Assembly (NCBI GenBank): GCA_028724545.1
Contig: JAQYCU010000066.1
Location: forward strand, 417 to 64,416
Reading direction: 5' to 3'
Length of the DNA stretch: 64,000 bases
Source of the DNA: a bacterium
Lineage (GTDB): Bacteria; Bacillota; Clostridia; Lachnospirales; Lachnospiraceae
The notes under the pieces are model-generated. The model had not been told where the DNA came from. It searched no databases and saw only the letters and a list, made by a program, of their open reading frames with translations. Numbering within the stretch: the first letter of the stretch is position 1; each line of letters starts with the position of its first letter. Shown piece after piece: positions 47,587 through 55,439 of this stretch. The position numbers were made by a program, and so were the translations under genes.

Positions 47587-48315
47587 ATGAACAAAAAAGG
47601 CAAATGGAAAATATACCGGAGAGGTTTTTGCAAAGGTTTTGGAAAAGCAGTTGTGCTGGGGATTCTTTTTTACCGGAATGCTGTCATCACAATAGTGCTT
47701 GGTTGTATCTATGGTATTTACAGTATGTTTGCAGAGAAGAAATTGTTCCGGAAAAAGCAGGAAACAGAGATAACATTGCAGTTTCGGGAAGGTCTGCAGG
47801 GAGTTGCTGCTGCATTGACGGCAGGCTATTCTATTGAAAATGCATGGGAGGAGGCGCAGAAAGATTTAGTGCTGCTGTATGGACCGGATGCCCTGCTTGT
47901 TCAGGAGTTTCAGTGGATTAGAAAACAACTGTTGCTGAACCAGCCAATGGAAAAGGTTTTGTTTGCTTTCGCAGAACGCTGGCAGACGGAAGATATTTTG
48001 CATTTTGCCCAGATATTCCAGACTGCAAAAAGAACAGGAGGTAATTTGATTGCAATTACACGGACAACGTCGCAAAAAATCAGTGAAAAAATCGAGGTCA
48101 GACGTGAAATTGATACGATGATTGCAGGCAAAAAAATGGAAGGCAGAATTATGAATGCCATTCCGCTGGGGATGATTCTTTATTTTTGGATTTGTTCTCC
48201 TGGTTTTCTGGATTGTATGTACATATCTTCCGGAAGAATTGTTATGACAGTACTGCTTATTGTTTATATTGCAGCTTATCAGTGGAGTGAACGGATTAGT
48301 GATATTCACGTATGA
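47587..48315 (+). CDS. tadB: TadB-like type II secretion system F-domain protein
   Basis: 242 aa. N-terminal TM, cytoplasmic T2SSF domain (LQFREGLQGVAAALTAGYSIENAWEEA) and C-terminal TM segments. Confidence 0.85.
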   Translation: MNKKGKWKIYRRGFCKGFGKAVVLGILFYRNAVITIVLGCIYGIYSMFAEKKLFRKKQETEITLQFREGLQGVAAALTAGYSIENAWEEAQKDLVLLYGPDALLVQEFQWIRKQLLLNQPMEKVLFAFAERWQTEDILHFAQIFQTAKRTGGNLIAITRTTSQKISEKIEVRREIDTMIAGKKMEGRIMNAIPLGMILYFWICSPGFLDCMYISSGRIVMTVLLIVYIAAYQWSERISDIHV

Positions 48316-49763
48316 AGAAAGTACAGGGAGGAATTATGTACATAGGAGAAGTTTGTTTTTGTCTTTTCTTGTTATGGATGGGATATTTTTTATGGCAATG
48401 GAAAAAAGGAAAATCGCATCAGTTTCTTTTTTATGAAGGTGTCGAAAAGATTCTTCGGTTCTGTCGTGAAAAAATGGGGATGCGAATAACCGGCACCCGA
48501 TTAGAACAATATAAGAAACTGTATCCCGGACAGAGCGAGGAAACTATTTTTTATACTTACTACGGAAAACTTGGATGCACACTTGCCGTTACGGTTGCAG
48601 CAGGGTTGTTTCTGGCAGCAGTCAGTGGTTTGGTAGAAACGAAAAGCCAGTTGCTGGAGGGTTATTTTATTGAAAGAGAAGGCACTTTGGGGAATTCCAA
48701 AAATGTTTCTTTGGATGTAACGGCAGAAGAAGAGGAAAAAGAAGTTACGATAGATGTTCCACAAAAATCGTATACAAAAAAGGAATTGCAGGCTGCCTTT
48801 CAAAAAGCAGAAGAATATGTAGAGCAGACATATTTAGGCGAAAATGCTTCTGACGAAGAAGTAGACAAGCCGTTGGTGCTGGTCAGCGAGATACCTGATA
48901 GTGCAATTACTGTCAGTTGGCAAACGTCAGGTGATGGTCTGATAAATGAGGATGGAACACTGGAAAATCAGAAACTGGAAGAAAGCCGGCAGACCAAAAT
49001 TACAGCCATCTTGTCATACGGAGAAGAGGAAAAAGAAGTTGTAAAAATGGTAACCATATTGCCCGTGCAAAGAACGAAAGAAGAATTATTTTGGAAAGAG
49101 TGGCAGAGGCAAATGAAAAAAACGCAAAAGGAAAGTGCCACAAAAGAATATTTTGAATTGCCACGGGAAGTAGAGGGAAAACAGATTACATATCAGGAAG
49201 TAACAACGCAGTTAAGTTATTCCATACTGGGGATGCTGCTCCTTGCTTTGATAGCGATTCTGCTGCTTGGGAAAGAAAAGATGCGAAAGAAAGAGGCGAA
49301 ACGTGAAGAGGAGCTGCAGGCTGCGTATCCGGATTTCGTAGAACAATTTGTACTGCTGATAGGAGCCGGACTGAATATAAAGGGAGCCTGGGAAAGAATT
49401 GTTTATGATTACAAAAGAGAAAAGGAAAAAAGAGGATTTCAGTATGTCTATGAAGAAATGGAAGTGGCACTCCAGGAAATTCACAATGGAATGGGAGAAG
49501 CACAGGCATATGAACTCTTCGGAAAAAGAACAGGATTGCTGCCATATATGAAGTTTTGTACGTTACTTGTCCAAAATCTGAAAAAGGGTTCAGATGATTT
49601 ATTGCAATTGCTGGATTATGAAGTGACAGATGCATTTCAGGAGCGAAAAGAAAATGCGAAAGCATTGGGCGAGAAGGCAGGGACTAAACTGCTGCTGCCA
49701 ATGATGTTAATGCTGGTTATCGTATTCGTCCTGATTTTATATGCTGCATTTCAGGGAATGTAA
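48312..49763 (+). CDS. tadC: TadC-like T2SSF-domain protein with a ~300-aa N-terminal extension
   Basis: ATGA overlap with the preceding gene. C-terminal T2SSF domain (YPDFVEQFVLLIGAGLNIKGAWERI) is preceded by two TM segments and an acidic soluble region. Confidence 0.8.
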   Translation: MKKVQGGIMYIGEVCFCLFLLWMGYFLWQWKKGKSHQFLFYEGVEKILRFCREKMGMRITGTRLEQYKKLYPGQSEETIFYTYYGKLGCTLAVTVAAGLFLAAVSGLVETKSQLLEGYFIEREGTLGNSKNVSLDVTAEEEEKEVTIDVPQKSYTKKELQAAFQKAEEYVEQTYLGENASDEEVDKPLVLVSEIPDSAITVSWQTSGDGLINEDGTLENQKLEESRQTKITAILSYGEEEKEVVKMVTILPVQRTKEELFWKEWQRQMKKTQKESATKEYFELPREVEGKQITYQEVTTQLSYSILGMLLLALIAILLLGKEKMRKKEAKREEELQAAYPDFVEQFVLLIGAGLNIKGAWERIVYDYKREKEKRGFQYVYEEMEVALQEIHNGMGEAQAYELFGKRTGLLPYMKFCTLLVQNLKKGSDDLLQLLDYEVTDAFQERKENAKALGEKAGTKLLLPMMLMLVIVFVLILYAAFQGM

Positions 49764-49809
49764 AAAGGATGATATAGAAGAAAATACAAACAGAAAGGAT
49801 GATGTAAAA

Positions 49810-49998
49810 ATGAATCAGATAAAAGCGTTTTTGAAAGAGGAAGATGGAATTGGAGTAGTAGAAATTATATTAATTCTGGTGGTTCTGATTATGCTGGTGG
49901 TTATTTTTCGTGACCAGATTACAGCAATTGTTAAGAATGCATTTACACAGATAAATGGTGATGCAAAAACAATTAACGGTAAAATTAAGATTAAGTAG
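49810..49998 (+). CDS. flp: Flp-family type IVb/IVc pilin
   Basis: 62 aa. Leader MNQIKAFLKEEDG, then IGVVEIILILVVLIMLVVIF, giving Gly at -1 and Glu at +5 before a hydrophobic helix. Confidence 0.85.
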   Translation: MNQIKAFLKEEDGIGVVEIILILVVLIMLVVIFRDQITAIVKNAFTQINGDAKTINGKIKIK

Positions 49999-50018
49999 AT
50001 AGGAGAAGGTGGTGTGTT

Positions 50019-51752
50019 ATGAATGGGAAAAGCAGAGAACAGGGAAGTATAACGGTTTTTCTTACAATATTGTTTTTGCTGTTTTTCTCTATGATAGGAG
50101 TTATGTTTGAGCATGCGCGAATATTATCTTCTTCCGGATATGTCCGTATGGCAGCACATTCGGCTGCCATGACGGCATTCGGGGACTATAATCGCGAATT
50201 GTTTCAGGAATATGGTTTGCTTGGATATGGTGGATTTGACGGTATCGGATATGAAAAATTAGAGGAAATGCTGACGGGAATTTTACAGGAAAATTTAAGA
50301 AGCAGTCCCCAGGATGCAAAAAGTACCTATAGTGATTTTTATCGCTTTCAAAATATAAAATATGCTGTCGATTCAACACAAGTCCTGACAGATTCAAAGA
50401 TTTTTCAGCAGCAGATTCATGCGTATTTAAAGGATACTGCAGAAAAAGAAGCAGTGGAAAAAGTGCTGCAAAAAATTGCAGGGACTTCTGAGCAGGAAGG
50501 AATGCAGTCGAAACTTTCTATGACAAAAGATTTTGAAGATGGGAAGTATGACCAGCCAGAGGAAACAAAGGACAAGTCTGCCAAAAAAGAGCCGGCAGAA
50601 AAAGACACAGCAAAGACAAATGCAGAAGAAACAAATACGGAAAAGAAAAGTACGGAAGAAAAAAGTACGTCAAAGAAAAATACGGCAAAAGAGGAAGGGC
50701 AGGAAGCATTGGAAGATGATGCAGCAGGAGGAAATCCTCTGGAAATGCTTTCTGAAATCAAAAAGACAGGTGTTCTTTCTTTTGTATGTGATACAAAAAA
50801 GCTTTCAGATGGAGAAGTTGAAGTTTGCCAGACGGATGAAACAATGCAGAGAAAAGAAAACGAGGCAGAGCAGGAAACAAAGGATAAAGGAAAAAAGCAG
50901 AGTACAGAAGAGGAAGAAGATAAGAAGACAGGGGCAGCAGAATATCTTGCTCGGATACTGAAAATGTCACCTCAGACAGAATCAGGCAGTGCAGTTAAGC
51001 AGGGGATAGAAAAAATAGAACTTCTCTGTTATGCCAAAAAGCAATTTGCATCGTATGGAAAGGAGCAGGACAGAACAACACAGTATGGAATAGAGTATCT
51101 GATAGCAGGAAAGAAAGAGGAAAAAGAAAATCTGTCTGCTGTTGTCAATCGTATTCTGGCAATACGGACGCTGCTAAACTTTGCATATGTAGCAACAGAC
51201 AGTATCCTGCAGAGCAAAAGTCTGGCAACGGCAACAGCATTAGCCGGTTTTACGGGGATGCCTCCGGTTATTAATGCCGTGCAATATACGATTTTGCTGA
51301 TTCTGGCATTTGAAGAAGCCTGCGTGGATACATCTGCATTGTTAGACGGGCGAAGTGTGCCGTTGATAAAAGATGCAACTTCTTTTCGTATGAAGTATGA
51401 AGAAATTTGTATGGTTTCACAATCTTTTTTTGCATCAAAAGCCAAAGCATATCCAAAGGAAGCAGACAAAAAAGGAGTACAGGAAATATCGTATCAGAAT
51501 TATCTAACCTTTTTTCTGTCACTGGTGCCAGACAAGACGATACAAAGCCGTATGTTTGATTTAATTCAGTATGATTTGCGTAAGAAATATAATGAAACAT
51601 TTTCAATACATAACTGTATTTGTCAAGGGAACTATTCTGTTACTTATGAAGTGCCGTATCTATTTAGTGGTTTGCCTGCGATTACAAGGACTGGAGAAAG
51701 TGATTGTATTGCAAAGTGTCTGGAGGTGAAGTATGGCTATAAGAGTGAATAG
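50019..51752 (+). CDS. Large TadG/TadE-like pilus-associated protein with a Lys/Glu/Thr-rich insert
   Basis: The N-terminus REQGSITVFLTILFLLFFSMIGVMF is pseudopilin-like but has Phe, not Glu, at +5. A ~150-aa charged low-complexity region follows. The C-terminal half looks conserved and globular. Confidence 0.6.
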   Translation: MNGKSREQGSITVFLTILFLLFFSMIGVMFEHARILSSSGYVRMAAHSAAMTAFGDYNRELFQEYGLLGYGGFDGIGYEKLEEMLTGILQENLRSSPQDAKSTYSDFYRFQNIKYAVDSTQVLTDSKIFQQQIHAYLKDTAEKEAVEKVLQKIAGTSEQEGMQSKLSMTKDFEDGKYDQPEETKDKSAKKEPAEKDTAKTNAEETNTEKKSTEEKSTSKKNTAKEEGQEALEDDAAGGNPLEMLSEIKKTGVLSFVCDTKKLSDGEVEVCQTDETMQRKENEAEQETKDKGKKQSTEEEEDKKTGAAEYLARILKMSPQTESGSAVKQGIEKIELLCYAKKQFASYGKEQDRTTQYGIEYLIAGKKEEKENLSAVVNRILAIRTLLNFAYVATDSILQSKSLATATALAGFTGMPPVINAVQYTILLILAFEEACVDTSALLDGRSVPLIKDATSFRMKYEEICMVSQSFFASKAKAYPKEADKKGVQEISYQNYLTFFLSLVPDKTIQSRMFDLIQYDLRKKYNETFSIHNCICQGNYSVTYEVPYLFSGLPAITRTGESDCIAKCLEVKYGYKSE

Positions 51753-52527
51753 GGATGTCCTCTATTTTGGAGATATTAACAAAAAATCATTACAAAGCTT
51801 GCCAATAAAAAGAGATGCTCCCCCGCATAAAAGAAGTCAGAATAGAGGATATCCCTGTCCACTTTTTGCCAGAGGCGTTTTGACGGTGGAGGCAGCATTT
51901 TGTGGAACAGCATTTTTTTTAGCACTGTTTTCACTGGTCTTCTTGTTTCAGATATTGCAAAAGCAAAACCAGATTCAGTCTTGTCTTACACAGGCAGCAC
52001 GTCAATATGAAACATATGGAACAAAAGGAGGTAGTATTACAGGCCTGCTGCAGGAAAAAATAGTCATACATTGGGATGAAGATATTTGCTATACGAATCA
52101 GACATTTGATGTACCATATCTGGGTGGCAATATATTCAGGATTAACACATATCAGCAGGTATGTATTAATCCGTATGATGGAAAAAGTATGGTGTCGCAG
52201 GAAGAAAAAGCAGCAGAATATGTATATATTGCAGAGAATGGTCAGGTGTATCATAAAAATGAGAATTGTGTATATCTAAATCCGGGGATTCAAAGCGTTT
52301 CTTTTGGAGAAGTATCGCAGAAGCGAAATACATCCGGAGGAAAATATTATGCTTGTCACAGTTGTTGCAAGAAGTTGAAGGAAGAAGATGATAAGACGGT
52401 GTATATTACGCCTTATGGAAGCAGCTTCCACAGTCAGAAAAATTGTCCGGGATTGAAAAGGACAATACGAAAGGTGGCTTTGTCTTCTATAGGAGATATG
52501 CCAGCGTGCAGTAAATGTGGCAAGTGA
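51733..52527 (+). CDS. TadE-like pseudopilin fused to two His/Cys putative metal-binding modules
   Basis: SD GGAGGTG precedes ATG 51733. ARG/VLTVEAAF gives Gly at -1 and Glu at +5, followed by a TM helix. The C-terminus carries two H-x4-C...C-x2-C modules. Confidence 0.7.
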   Translation: MAIRVNRDVLYFGDINKKSLQSLPIKRDAPPHKRSQNRGYPCPLFARGVLTVEAAFCGTAFFLALFSLVFLFQILQKQNQIQSCLTQAARQYETYGTKGGSITGLLQEKIVIHWDEDICYTNQTFDVPYLGGNIFRINTYQQVCINPYDGKSMVSQEEKAAEYVYIAENGQVYHKNENCVYLNPGIQSVSFGEVSQKRNTSGGKYYACHSCCKKLKEEDDKTVYITPYGSSFHSQKNCPGLKRTIRKVALSSIGDMPACSKCGK

Positions 52528-52568
52528 TGCATGGAGAAAAAGCAAAAAAAGCAGGTAAAAGTCAGGAC

Positions 52569-52673
52569 GAAAAACAAAAGACGACAATAAGGGAAAAGCA
52601 GGGCAAAAAAACAAAAGATGACAATAGGGGAAAAGCAGAGAGAAAGAACGAAAGATGATGTTAAGGGAATGAG
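52569..52673. repeat. Purine-rich degenerate tandem repeat, ~33-37-bp unit, 3 copies
   Basis: aaaacaaaagacgacaataagggaaaagcag, aaaacaaaagatgacaataggggaaaagcag and a diverged third copy. The array lies in the only sizeable gap inside the Tad operon. Confidence 0.75.
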
Positions 52674-52697
52674 AATGGGAAACAAAGGAGGCAGAAA

Positions 52698-53135
52698 ATG
52701 TGGCAGGAAATAATATATCTTCTGGTGTTTTTAGGATTACTGGCAGAGTGTGTAGTCGATGTGGTAGAAAAAAAGGTATGGATGCCGGTCATACTGGCTG
52801 AATATGCAGCATTGTTTTGGCTTCAGTACCTGCTAAATCAGATAAATCTAGGACTTCTGGCTGCTTCACTGGGAATAGGACTTTTCTTTTTTGTCATCAG
52901 CGTGATAAGTCATGGACAGATTGGAAAAGGGGATGCGTTCCTTTTTGGAATGACAGGGGCAGGGCTGGGATTAAAAGACAATATTGTATTGATATATCTG
53001 ACTTTTTTGCTGGCTTTTATTGGTGCATTGTTTTTGCTTATCATAAAAAAATCCGGGAGAAAAAAAGAAATGCCATTAACTCCTTATATATTAGGAGCAT
53101 ATCTTATTTTATCCGGTATGAAAATGCTGCAATAA
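52698..53135 (+). CDS. A24-family prepilin peptidase, copy 2 (short)
   Basis: 145 aa. Asp contexts VVDVVEKKVWMP and GKGDAFLFG. SD AAAGGAGG is upstream. Confidence 0.8.
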   Translation: MWQEIIYLLVFLGLLAECVVDVVEKKVWMPVILAEYAALFWLQYLLNQINLGLLAASLGIGLFFFVISVISHGQIGKGDAFLFGMTGAGLGLKDNIVLIYLTFLLAFIGALFLLIIKKSGRKKEMPLTPYILGAYLILSGMKMLQ

Positions 53136-53190
53136 GTTTTGTAAAAAGAAAGAGAAAAAGGCAGGGTAAAAGATAGTTTAAAGAAGAGGT

Positions 53191-53676
53191 ATGGATTCGT
53201 TGAAAAGTAAAGTTGGGTACATAAAAGGTAGTTATACAGTGGAGGCAGCATTTATTGTTCCTCTTATTCTGGGATTGTTATTTACCATAATGTATATGGT
53301 ATTTTTCTGGCATGACAAGGTAATGCTGCAGTCCAATTTGCAAAATGTTTTATATTTATTAAACGAGCAGCAGATATCGTGCAAAAAGGAAGAATATGAT
53401 ACATATTTAGAAGAATATTTATGGATTTTAGAAATCACAAATATGGAAGTTTCAGAAAATACTATGGCATTTCGTGGAGAAATTTACGCAGAGACAGAGG
53501 TTACAATTCCGGTAGTGTCGGTTTTTCTTTCCGAATTACCAAAGGTACATATAACAGAAACGTGTTCAAAGGTGCAGCCGGAACAAATAAAACGGCTAAA
53601 AGAAAATAAGAAAGAAAAAACGGACAGCAAGAGGTCAGATGACGGGACACGGACAGCAGATGGCATAGAAAAATAG
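53191..53676 (+). CDS. TadE-like pseudopilin
   Basis: IKG/SYTVEAAFIVPLILGLLF gives Gly at -1 and Glu at +5 before a hydrophobic helix. 161 aa. Confidence 0.75.
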   Translation: MDSLKSKVGYIKGSYTVEAAFIVPLILGLLFTIMYMVFFWHDKVMLQSNLQNVLYLLNEQQISCKKEEYDTYLEEYLWILEITNMEVSENTMAFRGEIYAETEVTIPVVSVFLSELPKVHITETCSKVQPEQIKRLKENKKEKTDSKRSDDGTRTADGIEK

Positions 53677-53745
53677 ATACGGAATGATGAGAAGAGAGGA
53701 GAATAAAGGTGGATGGACTGGAAATGATGAGGCAGGAGGAGAAAT

Positions 53746-54747
53746 ATGGTGGATGGGCTGGAAATAGATGACACACAGCATATGGTGTATTGGAAAGTTC
53801 CGCTGAAAAAAGCGAAAGAAAACCAGTTTGGCTGGCAGATGTTAGAGAATAATAAGATAGAAGGGATACTGCCATTTGAATATTATTATATTGATGATGG
53901 TATTTGTTTTCAATACCCGTATCATTCCCTGCAAAGAGTGACAGATTATTTTCAGAGTAAAAAAGCTGATTATGATACTTTGTATCTGTTGTGTGAAGGA
54001 ATATTAAGAATTATAGAGCAAGGAGAAGAATATCTGTTAGAAGAGCAGGGATATCTTCTGACTCCGGAGTGGATTTTCTGGAACCACTATGAAAAAGAGA
54101 TATGGTTGTGTTATTTGCCGGGAAAGGATGGAGATTGCAAAAGAGAGTATACGACATTTGTAGAATATCTGCTCCGGCAAACAGACCATACAGATAAGCA
54201 GACAGTACGATTTATCTATGATTTTTATGATTTTATTACGTCTGAAAATTTTGTGCCGGATATGATATTGAGATATTTGCAGGATTGTAAAACGGGAAAA
54301 GCAGAGAATACGAAAAGAGAAGAGCATCAAAAAAAAGAAGAGAGTCTGGAAAGAGAAGAGTGTACAGAAGCAGAAGGGGATACAGAAAAAATGAAGAATC
54401 CAGAAAAAGCAGGATGCATTTCTTACCGGTTATCCCAAAAACGAAAGAGAAGATTTTGTGGTGGCTATGCACCTGGCGCAGATTGCCGTACGTACACAAT
54501 TCATAATAAAAAGGCAATGGTGGGACGAATGGAAGAAAATGAAATATGCATTCCCTTTGCGACTATCAGCAAAAAGCATGCTATGTTGCTGCTGGAAAAT
54601 GAAAAAATTTATGTAACAGATATGGATTCGCATAATGGGACATTTCTAAATGGCAAAAAAATACCCGCCAACGTCAAAATGGAGTGTAAGGAGGATGATA
54701 TTCTGACATTTGCGGATATTTCGTATCAGTTGTCTAAAAACGGATGA
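53746..54747 (+). CDS. FHA-domain protein (DUF6382-like N-domain plus C-terminal FHA)
   Basis: C-terminal MVGRMEENEICIPFATISKKHAMLLLENEKIYVTDMDSHNGTFLNGKKI is a canonical FHA core (GR...S..H...NGT). This is the last gene of the Tad gene string. Confidence 0.85.
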   Translation: MVDGLEIDDTQHMVYWKVPLKKAKENQFGWQMLENNKIEGILPFEYYYIDDGICFQYPYHSLQRVTDYFQSKKADYDTLYLLCEGILRIIEQGEEYLLEEQGYLLTPEWIFWNHYEKEIWLCYLPGKDGDCKREYTTFVEYLLRQTDHTDKQTVRFIYDFYDFITSENFVPDMILRYLQDCKTGKAENTKREEHQKKEESLEREECTEAEGDTEKMKNPEKAGCISYRLSQKRKRRFCGGYAPGADCRTYTIHNKKAMVGRMEENEICIPFATISKKHAMLLLENEKIYVTDMDSHNGTFLNGKKIPANVKMECKEDDILTFADISYQLSKNG

Positions 54748-54790
54748 GGATAAACAGAAAATTCCTATCCAGACAGATAAGGCAGGCATA

Positions 54791-55213
54791 TTAGCGAAAA
54801 ACAACAGGATTTTCACGGTATTCGGTTTTGATAACAATATAAGGGTATGATATGGCATCTGATACATCATCTTTTTTCGGACCAAATAACTCTGTATCAA
54901 AAACAAGACAGTCATCAGACTGGTAAAAATCGTTGATTTTGATGCTGTATCCACCACTGCTTTGCTGACCGTATCCTTTGATGACATAAAGACAGGAATT
55001 ATCGGAAAAAGTTAATTCAAATGCATTTTTTTGCCGTTCTTCTATCAGGGATTGCAATTCTTCGGGAATATCACTTCCTGACACAACGGTAAAGTCTAAA
55101 GAATTTGTTTTTTTAGGGGTGTCTTTCTTTTCGCATCCTGTGATGGTAAGGCAGCAGGACAAAATGGAAATACCACATAGGAAAAGAAAGAACTGTCGAG
55201 AATGATAAAACAT
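54791..55213 (-). CDS. PrcB-like lipoprotein
   Basis: Lipobox LTITGC. C-terminal YVIKGYGQQSSGGYSIKINDF resembles the PrcB C-terminal domain. Confidence 0.65.
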   Translation of the reverse strand: MFYHSRQFFLFLCGISILSCCLTITGCEKKDTPKKTNSLDFTVVSGSDIPEELQSLIEERQKNAFELTFSDNSCLYVIKGYGQQSSGGYSIKINDFYQSDDCLVFDTELFGPKKDDVSDAISYPYIVIKTEYRENPVVFR

Positions 55214-55439
55214 AGAAGGAATCCTTTTCTAATCGTTACTTATATATATGATGTGAGTTAAAATGATATGCGTTGTAACAGAATACATATGAAAAATAAC
55301 AAATTCGGAAAAGGATTCGGTAAAATTCTGTATAGTTTGACGAAACTTAATTGTGAAAATTGCTTTTTCAACTAGGGTGTTATATAATGGAAAAGACGTT
55401 TCAGAACACTCATCAGCAAACAGAGGAGGGCATTTTTGC

